Shown here: in pieces, positions 21,233 to 29,377 of the stretch
How positions within the stretch are numbered: the first letter of the stretch is position 1
Layout of the letters: the number at the start of each line of letters is the position of its first letter
Assembly (NCBI GenBank): GCA_028290325.1
Contig: JAQGJY010000049.1
Span: 1-45,574 of the forward strand
Direction of reading: 5' to 3'
DNA length: 45,574 nucleotides
Source of the DNA: Tardiphaga sp.
Lineage (GTDB): Bacteria; Pseudomonadota; Alphaproteobacteria; Rhizobiales; Xanthobacteraceae
Made by a program: the position numbers and the translations under genes
Notes under the pieces: generated by a model
What the model saw: the letters and a program-made list of their open reading frames with translations, nothing else
Told to the model about the DNA's origin: nothing
Database searches by the model: none

Positions 21233-22257
21233 TGCAATTCACGCAGCACGAGCTGGCGGATCACATCCATCCCGGCGTCGCTGTCGTTCAGACAGGGGAT
21301 CGCGGTGAATTGCGTGCCGCCGGCGTGTTCAAATATCTCGCAATTCTCCTGCGCGATTTCTTCCAGCGTTTCGAGGCAGTCAGCCGAGAAGCCCGGCGTG
21401 ATCACCGCGATTCGCCTCACGCCATCCTTCGCCAGTTTCTCGATCGTCTTGTCGGTGTAGGGTTGCAGCCACTTGTCGAAACCGAAACGAGATTGGAACG
21501 TCAGCAGCAGCCGGGTCGCGTCCAGTCCCAAATGCGCGCGTAACGCCTCGGTCGTCGCCACGCACTGCGCCTGATAGGGATCGCCTTTGGCGATGTACTT
21601 TTGCGGCATGCCGTGAAACGACGCCACGATCAGTTCCGGCGTGAACGGCACCGTCTTCAGATGATCGTCGATCGATCGCGCCAGCGCCGCGATATAGCTC
21701 GGATCGACGTAATATGGCGGCGTCACGCGCAGGGTCGGCTGCGCCCGCATCTCGCCGAGCACGCGAAAGGCCTCGTCGCAGACGGTCGCGGATGTCGCGG
21801 CCGAATATTGCGGGTAAAGCGGCACGACGAGGATGCGGTCGCAGCCTTGCGCGGTCAGCGCGTCGATCCGGGACTTGATCGAGGGATTGCCGTAGCGCAT
21901 GCCCCAATCGACGACCACATGGCCATGCTCCTGAAGGCTGGCGGCCAGCTTCTCGGATTGCGCGCGCGTGATCGTTTTCAGCGGCGATTCGTTCAGCTCG
22001 GTATTCCAGATCTTGAGATAGTCCTTGGCCTTTCGCGCCGGACGCGTCCGCAAGATGATGCCGTTCAGCGCCGCCTTCCAGATCAGGCCCTGATTTTCGA
22101 TCACGCGCGGATCGGAGAGAAATTCTTTCAGATAGACCCGCACGCCGGCGGCATCGGCGGTATCGGGGGTGCCGAGATTGACCAACAGCACACCGACGCG
22201 CGCGCGCGAAGCACTGGCTGCGGGGCGGCCTCGTTCGATGGGAATGACCATTGACAT
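21220..22257 (-). CDS. hemH: Ferrochelatase
   Basis: LLVNLGTP, FLSDPRVI, MRYGNPS, PLYPQYS, SFHGMP, FQSRFG, WLQPYT and PGFSADCLETLEE motifs. Confidence 0.97.
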   Translation of the reverse strand: MSMVIPIERGRPAASASRARVGVLLVNLGTPDTADAAGVRVYLKEFLSDPRVIENQGLIWKAALNGIILRTRPARKAKDYLKIWNTELNESPLKTITRAQSEKLAASLQEHGHVVVDWGMRYGNPSIKSRIDALTAQGCDRILVVPLYPQYSAATSATVCDEAFRVLGEMRAQPTLRVTPPYYVDPSYIAALARSIDDHLKTVPFTPELIVASFHGMPQKYIAKGDPYQAQCVATTEALRAHLGLDATRLLLTFQSRFGFDKWLQPYTDKTIEKLAKDGVRRIAVITPGFSADCLETLEEIAQENCEIFEHAGGTQFTAIPCLNDSDAGMDVIRQLVLRELQGWI

Positions 22258-22326
22258 GCGGCTGGCATCGCGCGTTGACCAAACCTTGTCAAGACAAGGC
22301 GGCGGGTTCGTCGTTACGGGCTATCT

Positions 22327-23604
22327 TCAAAAACACGTCACCCGTTCCGCGGCGATGTAGCCGAGCAACAGGCCGACGCCGACCAGCAGAACCAGACCCG
22401 CCGCGGCGAATTCGATGCCGCGCATGATTAGCGCGCCAGACCCTTCCTTGAAATTTCCATCGCCAGCGCCGGCCAAACGCCGCGCAAAACCTTTGGCCGA
22501 GACCGCCAGCACCGCGATCGTCGCCACCGTGATCGCGGTGCCGAGGCCCATCACGAACGTGGCGGCGACGCCGGCCCAGAACAACCCCTGCGCCAGCGCA
22601 AAGACCAGAATCAGGATCGCCCCGGAGCAGGGCCGCAATCCGACCGCGAGGATGGCGCCAAAGCCGCGCCGCCAGCCGCCGGGGCCCGCGAGCTGATCCG
22701 GCGTCGGGCCATGCGAATGACCGCAATGCGCATCATGAACGTGGGCATGATCATGCGCATGCGCGTGATCGTGGTGATGAGCGTGATCGCTGTGCAGGCC
22801 GCGGGCGTGGCCATTCCCCGACCCATCATGATCGTGAGGCTCATGATGCGGGTGCGACCGCGCGGGTGTCGCCAGCGCGAGTGACAGGCCTGCCGCCGGC
22901 GGCGTCCGCAGGGCCCGCATAAATCCCGCGCCCTTGCTCCAGACCAGCCGCGCGCCGAACGCGGCGATCAGGACATAACTGGCGATTTCGACGACACGCT
23001 CGGCGCCGCACATCGTCTTGGCCGTCGCGTTCAACAGCCACGCGCCGACGCCGACGAGGACGACCGCGACCAGCGCTTGCATGAAGGCCGAGACGAACGA
23101 CAGCACGATGCCGCGCCGCGCGGTTTCCTCATTGGCGATGACGTAGGATGAGATCACCGCCTTGCCGTGGCCGGGCCCGGCGGCGTGAAACACGCCGTAG
23201 GCAAACGAAATGCCGAGCAGCGACCACACCGCGCTGCCGTCGGATTTCGCGGCGCGGATCGTTGCGGACATCTGCTTGTAAAAGTCCGCTTGCTTGGCCA
23301 GCAGCCAGCCGATGAGGCCGGTCGCCTGTGGCTCGGCCGGCGGACGCGGTCCACCAAACGGATTTTGGGCGAGGGCGGTGTGGACAGTGGCGTCGACGAT
23401 TAAGCCAACCACAGCCATGACCGCGAAAATGATGAAAAATCGAGTTACCGCGTCATTGCGAGGTGCAAGGTTCCTCGCTCTGTGAGAGATGGATGCGATG
23501 ACGCGATCCAGCCATGCTCGCGGCTTATGGATTGCTTGACGTTGCACCGGATCGGCAACAGCCCACTTTGTGACGCGCTCGCAATGCCGAGTTGAAAGCC
23601 TCAT
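22327..23604 (-). CDS. RcnA/NicO-family (ZevB-like) Ni/Co/Zn transporter with His-rich loop
   Basis: YGVFHAAGPGHGKAV, His-rich loop HAHHHDHAHAHDHAHVHDAHCGHSH and GLRPCSGA. The ATG at 23604 overlaps the DUF1007 stop (ATGA). Confidence 0.9.
   Translation of the reverse strand: MRLSTRHCERVTKWAVADPVQRQAIHKPRAWLDRVIASISHRARNLAPRNDAVTRFFIIFAVMAVVGLIVDATVHTALAQNPFGGPRPPAEPQATGLIGWLLAKQADFYKQMSATIRAAKSDGSAVWSLLGISFAYGVFHAAGPGHGKAVISSYVIANEETARRGIVLSFVSAFMQALVAVVLVGVGAWLLNATAKTMCGAERVVEIASYVLIAAFGARLVWSKGAGFMRALRTPPAAGLSLALATPARSHPHHEPHDHDGSGNGHARGLHSDHAHHHDHAHAHDHAHVHDAHCGHSHGPTPDQLAGPGGWRRGFGAILAVGLRPCSGAILILVFALAQGLFWAGVAATFVMGLGTAITVATIAVLAVSAKGFARRLAGAGDGNFKEGSGALIMRGIEFAAAGLVLLVGVGLLLGYIAAERVTCF
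23451..23589. repeat. REP/RPE-like palindromic element (GTCATTGCGAG family) inside the transporter 5' coding region
   Basis: Terminal inverted repeat CGTCATTGCGAG...CTCGCAATGCCG with internal GCGATCCAG and TGGATTGCTT. Confidence 0.8.
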
Positions 23605-24242
23605 GGGCAATCCACCGTGATCTTGTTGGCGAACATCGCGCCGTAATTGCTGTTCTCGCCGTCCGTGAACGTGCTCTCGTCGAGCTTCTTGGCAGCGGCG
23701 CTGCCATCGTTGGGGCGCTCGATCGCCATCTTGCAGCCGGCCGGCGCGCCGACCAGTTGGATCGGATTGTCCTTCGCCAGCGAAAAATCGACGAAGTAAC
23801 TGGGATCGTAGATTTCCAGGGCGAGCTGCTTGGTTTTCAGCGGCGCCCTCAGCGGCAGCGTGAAATGCAGCACCAGCGCCGTGCCGTTGTAATCGAGATA
23901 ATAATCGACGGGGTCGTTGAATTTGGATTTGCGCCCGCCGGATTTGGCGAAGGTGAAGAAGGCGAATTCCTTCAGCGACTCGACATTGGTCTGCGCCAGA
24001 TCCTTCAGCTCGTCGCGCGTATAGACGCCCTTGGTCTTGGTCTCGAGGCCTTGCAACGCATAGGCCGAGAACATGTCGTCGAACGTCCATACGTGGCGCA
24101 CGCCCGTCATCGCGCCATCCGGGGCGTAGATGATTTCGCTCGCCGCCGTCACGAAGACGTGCGGATGCGCGGCGGCCGGCGCGGCGCAAGCCAACAGCAA
24201 CGCGAGGCCGGTAACCGCGGCGCGAACAGCGCGACGCATCAC
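23601..24242 (-). CDS. DUF1007-family (ZevA-like) periplasmic protein
   Basis: Signal peptide ending AAA-HPHVFV; WTFDDMFS and YDPSYFVDF motifs. Confidence 0.9.
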   Translation of the reverse strand: MMRRAVRAAVTGLALLLACAAPAAAHPHVFVTAASEIIYAPDGAMTGVRHVWTFDDMFSAYALQGLETKTKGVYTRDELKDLAQTNVESLKEFAFFTFAKSGGRKSKFNDPVDYYLDYNGTALVLHFTLPLRAPLKTKQLALEIYDPSYFVDFSLAKDNPIQLVGAPAGCKMAIERPNDGSAAAKKLDESTFTDGENSNYGAMFANKITVDCP

Positions 24243-26317
24243 GCGGCCTCCGGCGTATCGAGCAAGCCGCGACGGCGCAGCAGCGCATCGGGTTCAGGTA
24301 CGCGACCCCGAAACGCGATGTAAGCATCCTCCGGATCGCGCGACCCGCCCGACGAATAGATGTCGTCGTGCAGCCGCTTGGCGACCGTGGCATCGAAGAT
24401 GTCGCCGGCTTCCTCGAAGGCGCCGAAAGCGTCGGCGTCCATCACCTCGGACCACATGTAGCTGTAATAGCCCGCCGCATAATGATCGCCGGAGAAAATA
24501 TGCCCGAATTGCTGCGGCCGGTGCCGCAGCGAAATCTCCGCCGGCATGCCGATCTTCGCAAGCTCCTTCTTCTCGAAGGCGCGGACGTCACGCGACGCCG
24601 ACGCCGGCTGGCTGTGGAATTCCAGATCGATCAACGCCGACGACACGAACTCGACGGTCGCGAAACCCTGATTGAATTTACGCGCCTTGATGAAGCGCTG
24701 GAGCAGATCGTCCGGCAGCGGCTCGCCGGTCTGATAATGCTTGGCGAATTTCTGCAACAGTTGCGGCTGCTCCTGCCAGTGCTCGTAGAGCTGCGACGGC
24801 AGTTCGACGAAATCCGTGAAGACCGACGTGCCGGACAGCGACGGATAGACCACATTCGACAGGATGCCGTGAAGGCCGTGGCCGAACTCATGGAACAGCG
24901 TCCGCGCGTCGTCGGGCGACAACAACGATGGCTGGCCGTCGGCGCCCTTGGAGAAGTTGCAGATGTTGAGGATCAACGGCGCGACATCGCCGTCGAGCTT
25001 TTGCTGATCGCGCAGCGATGTCATCCACGCGCCGGAACGCTTCGAGGCGCGCGCGAAGTAATCGCCGTAGAACAACGCCTTGTGCGCGCCATCGGCGTCC
25101 TTCACTTCCCACACCCGAACGTCGGGATGCCAGACCGGAATGTCGTGGCGCTCATTGAAGGTCAGGCCGAACAACCGCGTCGCGGTGTAGAAGGATGCGT
25201 CGATCATCGCATCAAGCGTGAAGTAGGGTTTGATCGCCGCATCGTCGAAATCGGCGCGACGCTGGCGCAGTTTCTCGGCGTAGAAACGCCAGTCCCACGC
25301 GGCGAGCGCGAAATTGCCGCCCTCCTCCACGATCAGTTGTTGGAGCGCATCGCGATCGGCCATCGCGCGGGCGCGCGCCGGCTTCCAGACCCGCTCCAGG
25401 AGGCCGCGCACGGCCGCCGGCGTCTTCGCCATCGAATCTTCCAGCTTGTAGGCGGCGTAAGTCGGGAAGCCCAATATCTTCGCGGTCTCCTCGCGCAACG
25501 CGAGAATCTCGACGATGACATCGTTGTTGTCGTGGTCGTTGCCGTTGTCGCCGCGCGCGGTGAACGCCTTGAACACCTTCTCGCGCAAATCCCGACGCGT
25601 CGCGCCCTTGAGGAATGGCTCGACGAAGGAGCGCGACAGTGTCATGATCGCCTTGCCATCCATGCCGCGCTCGGTGGCCGCCGCGCGGGCCGAGGCCGCG
25701 AAGCTGGCAGGCAGGCCGGCGAAATCATCGCCTGACAATTCCATGAACCAGTCCTGCTCGTCGCCGAGCAGATGATGGCTGAACGTCGTCGCCAGATGCG
25801 CCAGCCGTTCGTTGATTTCGGCCATGCGCGTTTTGGCGACGTCGTCGAGGCCGGCGCCGGCGCGACGAAAGCGCGTATAGGTCCGCTCAAGCAGGCGCAT
25901 CTGCTCGGCGGTGAGACCCAACGTCGCGCGGTTCTCATGCAAGGCGGCGATGCGGCCGAACAACACCGCGTTCATCATGATCGGATTCCAGTGCCGCGCC
26001 TGACGCATCGACACGTCCTTGTCGATTTCCAGCAAGGCCGGATTCGAATTCGCGGAGACCAAGTCGTAAAACACCGCCGACACCCGGCCGAGCAGCTTGC
26101 CGGCGCGTTCCAGCGCCACGATCGTATTGGCGAAATCGGGCGTCGCCGGATCGTGGGTGATCGCGGCGATCTCGGCGGCATGATCGGCGAAGGCCTGCTC
26201 GAAAGCGGGCAGGAAATGCTCGGGGACCACCCGATCGAACGGCGGCGTCTCGAACGGCGTCTGCCAGGCTTGAAGCAGCGGATTATCGGAGGTGGCCGAA
26301 GCGGGCGCGTCTGACAT
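24239..26317 (-). CDS. dcp: M3 family metallopeptidase (peptidyl-dipeptidase Dcp)
   Basis: NPLL...PFETPPFD, KRSGAWM, TLFHEFGHGLH, DFVELPSQL and GYYSYMWSEVMDAD motifs. Confidence 0.92.
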   Translation of the reverse strand: MSDAPASATSDNPLLQAWQTPFETPPFDRVVPEHFLPAFEQAFADHAAEIAAITHDPATPDFANTIVALERAGKLLGRVSAVFYDLVSANSNPALLEIDKDVSMRQARHWNPIMMNAVLFGRIAALHENRATLGLTAEQMRLLERTYTRFRRAGAGLDDVAKTRMAEINERLAHLATTFSHHLLGDEQDWFMELSGDDFAGLPASFAASARAAATERGMDGKAIMTLSRSFVEPFLKGATRRDLREKVFKAFTARGDNGNDHDNNDVIVEILALREETAKILGFPTYAAYKLEDSMAKTPAAVRGLLERVWKPARARAMADRDALQQLIVEEGGNFALAAWDWRFYAEKLRQRRADFDDAAIKPYFTLDAMIDASFYTATRLFGLTFNERHDIPVWHPDVRVWEVKDADGAHKALFYGDYFARASKRSGAWMTSLRDQQKLDGDVAPLILNICNFSKGADGQPSLLSPDDARTLFHEFGHGLHGILSNVVYPSLSGTSVFTDFVELPSQLYEHWQEQPQLLQKFAKHYQTGEPLPDDLLQRFIKARKFNQGFATVEFVSSALIDLEFHSQPASASRDVRAFEKKELAKIGMPAEISLRHRPQQFGHIFSGDHYAAGYYSYMWSEVMDADAFGAFEEAGDIFDATVAKRLHDDIYSSGGSRDPEDAYIAFRGRVPEPDALLRRRGLLDTPEAA

Positions 26318-26446
26318 CAAAAATCCTGGTTCTTCGCCGAATGGGATACGCGACATATAGCACGCGATCGGGCTTTTTTGAGCCGCAACACTTGCGAGCG
26401 ATCGGGTTTTCGCAGAGATTGCCGTCGCAACCAGGAACTCTAGACC

Positions 26447-26698
26447 ATGGCCACCCCGTCCACGAGCCGCGCCCGCAAGATCGACTGGCCGAACGTCATC
26501 ACCGTCCTCTCCGCCGCGATCCTGATCGGCGCGGAAGTGTTCGGCGCGGCGTTCGCGGGCGGCTGGGCGCTGTCGATTCTGTTCGGCCTCGACACGATGG
26601 GCGAGCACATCTTGCAGGTCGTGCTGTTTCTGAGCGGCGTGGCGATCATGGTCGGCTTCATCCGCAATGCCAAACGCATCGAGCCGTTCACGCGCTGA
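26447..26698 (+). CDS. Small two-TM membrane protein, 83 aa
   Basis: Two hydrophobic helices, typical codon usage, AGGA SD. Confidence 0.8.
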   Translation: MATPSTSRARKIDWPNVITVLSAAILIGAEVFGAAFAGGWALSILFGLDTMGEHILQVVLFLSGVAIMVGFIRNAKRIEPFTR

Positions 26699-27027
26699 CG
26701 CGCGTGTCCATGCACCACCGTCATTGCCGGTGGGCGAAGCTGTCATAAACCGCCAGTTTCCGGACAAATCTTAACAATCGTTCACGTTCAAGCGGCCGCT
26801 GCCCCACAGCGTGAACTTGCATTTGAGAATTTTGCCGACAAGGCAAGAAAGATGTTGCGAAGGGGGGACAAACGCCCTATCTCCCCTCTTGCCCAATTTC
26901 GCACGTGCCTGTGGTCGTGTGTCAGTCGGTAGGTATCCGGACAAGAGGCCGGACAGCCGCCAAGGGACGAAGAAGCCGAGGGTCGATCGCGGATCATTCG
27001 CGAAAGGCCAGCATCTCTCTCCAGAGA

Positions 27028-27150
27028 TGCCGTTGAAGGTAACTTCGATCCTTGCAACCGTGACTGGCAGCCGGAGGCGAACCGGCGCACCCCGCTCTCA
27101 ACGGGGGACGCGACTTAAAGCAACGACGGATCGGGCTTTTTTGGTCTCTG
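27028..27150 (+). ncRNA. Alphaproteobacterial speF leader RNA motif (boundaries approximate)
   Basis: Lies in the long (~600 nt) region upstream of the ornithine decarboxylase. Contains blocks I recall from the motif: AACCGTGACTGGCA, GGAGGC..ACCGGCG, CTTAAAGCAACGACG and CGGGCTTTTTTGGTCTCT. Confidence 0.7.
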
Positions 27151-27360
27151 CCGGCTTTCCAACAGCCGGCGCGATTACCGAAGAGGCTTGTCCTTCATTG
27201 CCAGGTGTGCGGTCGGGTCACCCCCAACCAATCCACGGCAGCACTATTCGGTCTGAGCGATTTGCTATGCCGCGCCTCCATCGCGCGTCGTGGCCGGATT
27301 GCTTTGAGCCGAGATCATTTTTGAATGCGGTCCCGTCGCTGGGCGCGTTCGGAGGGTGCT

Positions 27361-28503
27361 ATGACCAATCGTATCCAAGACTTTCTTCGGGCCCGCCGTG
27401 ACGCCGGCAACGATCTCGAACCGTGCCTCGTCGTCGATCTCGACGTCGTGCGCGACAATTATCAGACCTTCGCCAAGGTGCTGCCGGATTCGCGCGTGTT
27501 CTACGCCGTGAAGGCAAATCCCGCGCCGGAGGTGCTGTCATTGCTTGCCGCGATGGGGTCGTGCTTCGACTGCGCGTCGGTGCAGGAAATCCAGATGGCG
27601 CTCGACGCGGGCGCCACGCCCGACCGCATCTCCTTCGGCAACACGATCAAGAAAGAGCGCGACATCGCCCGCGCCCACGCGCTCGGCATCGGCCTGTTCT
27701 CGGTGGATTGCACCGCGGAAGTCGAGAAGATCGCCCGCGCCGCCCCCGGCGCCCGGGTGTTCTGCCGCATCCTGTACGATTGCGCCGGCGCGGAATGGCC
27801 GCTGTCGCGCAAGTTCGGTTGCGATCCGGAAATGGCGGTCGATGTGCTCGACCTCGCCAAGCGTCTGGGCTTGGAGCCTTATGGAATCTCGTTCCATGTC
27901 GGCTCGCAGCAGCGCAAGGTGAAGGCGTGGGATCGCGCGCTGGCGATGGCGTCGTCGGTGTTCCGCGATTGCGCGGAGCGCGGGATCAACCTGTCCATGG
28001 TCAATATGGGCGGCGGTTTCCCGACCAAATATCTCAAGGAAGTCCCGGCGGTTGTGCAATACGGCCGGTCGATCTTCCGCGCGCTGCGCAAGCATTTCGG
28101 CAACGCGATTCCGGAGACCATCATCGAGCCGGGTCGCGGCATGGTCGGCAATGCCGGCATCATCGAAACCGAGGTCGTTCTGATCTCGAAGAAGAGCGAC
28201 GAGGACGACGTGCGTTGGGTCTATCTCGACATCGGCAAGTTCGGCGGGCTCGCCGAGACGATGGACGAGTCGATCCGCTACGCCATCCGCACGCCGCATG
28301 ACGGCGCGGAGATGGCGCCTTGCGTGCTCGCCGGCCCGACCTGCGATTCGGCCGACGTGATGTACGAGAAGCTGCCGTATCCGTTGCCGGTGACGCTTGA
28401 GATCGGCGACAAGCTGCTGATCGACGGCACCGGCGCTTACACGTCGACCTATTCGGCGGTCGCCTTCAATGGTTTCCCGCCGCTGAAGACGTACCACATC
28501 TGA
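27361..28503 (+). CDS. speF: PLP-dependent ornithine (lysine/ornithine) decarboxylase, alanine-racemase fold
   Basis: FYAVKAN PLP lysine, FDCAS, KFG, SFHVGSQ, NMGGGF, EPGR, GPTCDSAD and GAY motifs; GGAGG SD. Confidence 0.93.
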   Translation: MTNRIQDFLRARRDAGNDLEPCLVVDLDVVRDNYQTFAKVLPDSRVFYAVKANPAPEVLSLLAAMGSCFDCASVQEIQMALDAGATPDRISFGNTIKKERDIARAHALGIGLFSVDCTAEVEKIARAAPGARVFCRILYDCAGAEWPLSRKFGCDPEMAVDVLDLAKRLGLEPYGISFHVGSQQRKVKAWDRALAMASSVFRDCAERGINLSMVNMGGGFPTKYLKEVPAVVQYGRSIFRALRKHFGNAIPETIIEPGRGMVGNAGIIETEVVLISKKSDEDDVRWVYLDIGKFGGLAETMDESIRYAIRTPHDGAEMAPCVLAGPTCDSADVMYEKLPYPLPVTLEIGDKLLIDGTGAYTSTYSAVAFNGFPPLKTYHI

Positions 28504-28514
28504 GCCGCTCGATC

Positions 28515-28546
28515 GGCTGCCTCCACCGCTTGCGGGAGAGGCAGCC
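28515..28546. repeat. GC-rich hairpin just after the decarboxylase stop (REP-like or terminator)
   Basis: GGCTGCCTC...CCGCTTGCGG...GAGGCAGCC; no U tract. Confidence 0.5.
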
Positions 28547-28642
28547 TCGGCACTCGCCATCCCGCGATCACGAACGGCAGCCGCGGTTCAATCTCCGCGT
28601 CGCGTTCTGCTCTGTCGCGTTGCGCAATAAAGTACCCCCATC

Positions 28643-28795
28643 ATGAAACTGATCGATCTGCCGACGGGCCCGTTTGGCCGCGACACCCGCGCCCGCAACG
28701 TCACGCGCCCCGCGATGACGACGGTGCTGTTTTTAACGCTCGCGGTGATGATCGTGCTGGACATCCTCCGTCGGCGGCGATCCGCCGCGGCTTGA
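28643..28795 (+). CDS. Putative 50-aa single-TM protein
   Basis: Manual translation MKLIDLPTGPFGRDTRARNVTRPAMTTVLFLTLAVMIVLDILRRRRSAAA: a TM helix followed by a basic cluster. No clear SD. Confidence 0.5.
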   Translation: MKLIDLPTGPFGRDTRARNVTRPAMTTVLFLTLAVMIVLDILRRRRSAAA

Positions 28796-28848
28796 TTTCA
28801 CGCCCAATACCCGGCATTGCGAGGCTCTCATCGCAGCAAGAGCGCCAA

Positions 28849-29235
28849 ATGACCCGTCGCCTGATCTCCACCGGATATCCCCTCGAGAAGACCGCCGGTT
28901 ACAGCCGCGCGGTGATCGATGGCGAGTTCGCCTTCGTCTCCGGCACCACCGGCTATGATTACACCACCATGACATTGCCGGACGATGTCACGGCGCAGAC
29001 ACAGAACTGCTTCAAGACCATCGCCGGCGTGCTGAAAGATGCCGGCTTCGACATCGCCGACATCGTTCGCGCGAACTACTACGTCACCGATGCCAGGGAT
29101 GCCGACGCGGTGCTGGCGGTGTGCGGCCAGCACCTTGGCGAAATCCGCCCGGCGGCGACGCTTCTGGTGGTGGCCGGGCTCTACAAGCCCGAAATGAAGA
29201 TCGAAATCGAAGTGACGGCGAAGCGTCGTTCCTAA
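28849..29235 (+). CDS. RidA/YjgF-family protein
   Basis: GYSRAV, FVSGTTG, RPAAT and KIEIEVTA motifs. Confidence 0.92.
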   Translation: MTRRLISTGYPLEKTAGYSRAVIDGEFAFVSGTTGYDYTTMTLPDDVTAQTQNCFKTIAGVLKDAGFDIADIVRANYYVTDARDADAVLAVCGQHLGEIRPAATLLVVAGLYKPEMKIEIEVTAKRRS

Positions 29236-29251
29236 ATAAAATGCAAGAGCC

Positions 29252-29364
29252 GTCATTCCGGGGCGCCCGCAGCCCGCTACGAGCGATCCCGGAATCTCAT
29301 CAAGATGACCATGACCAGAGTCCGGGTTCGCGACCGCCAAGCGGCGGTGGCGCCCCGGACTGAC
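29252..29364. repeat. REP/RPE-like palindromic element (GTCATTCCGGGGC family)
   Basis: Terminal inverted repeat GTCATTCCGGGGCG/CGCCCCGGACTGAC; internal CCCGGAATCTC and GAGTCCGGG. Confidence 0.82.
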
Positions 29365-29377
29365 CGGAGATAGATTA

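Noticed and set aside
22275-22292. TTGAC-N8-GTCAA palindrome upstream of hemH as a FixK/FNR box
   Set aside because: The spacing does not fit TTGA-N6-TCAA, and I cannot assign a regulator.
23605-24393. 263-aa N-terminal extension making the transporter 688 aa
   Set aside because: It overlaps DUF1007 and the end of dcp in another frame. The ATGA-coupled start at 23604 is more plausible.
26771-26786. CtrA box upstream of the speF leader
   Set aside because: The second half-site is poor at N7 spacing; insufficient support.
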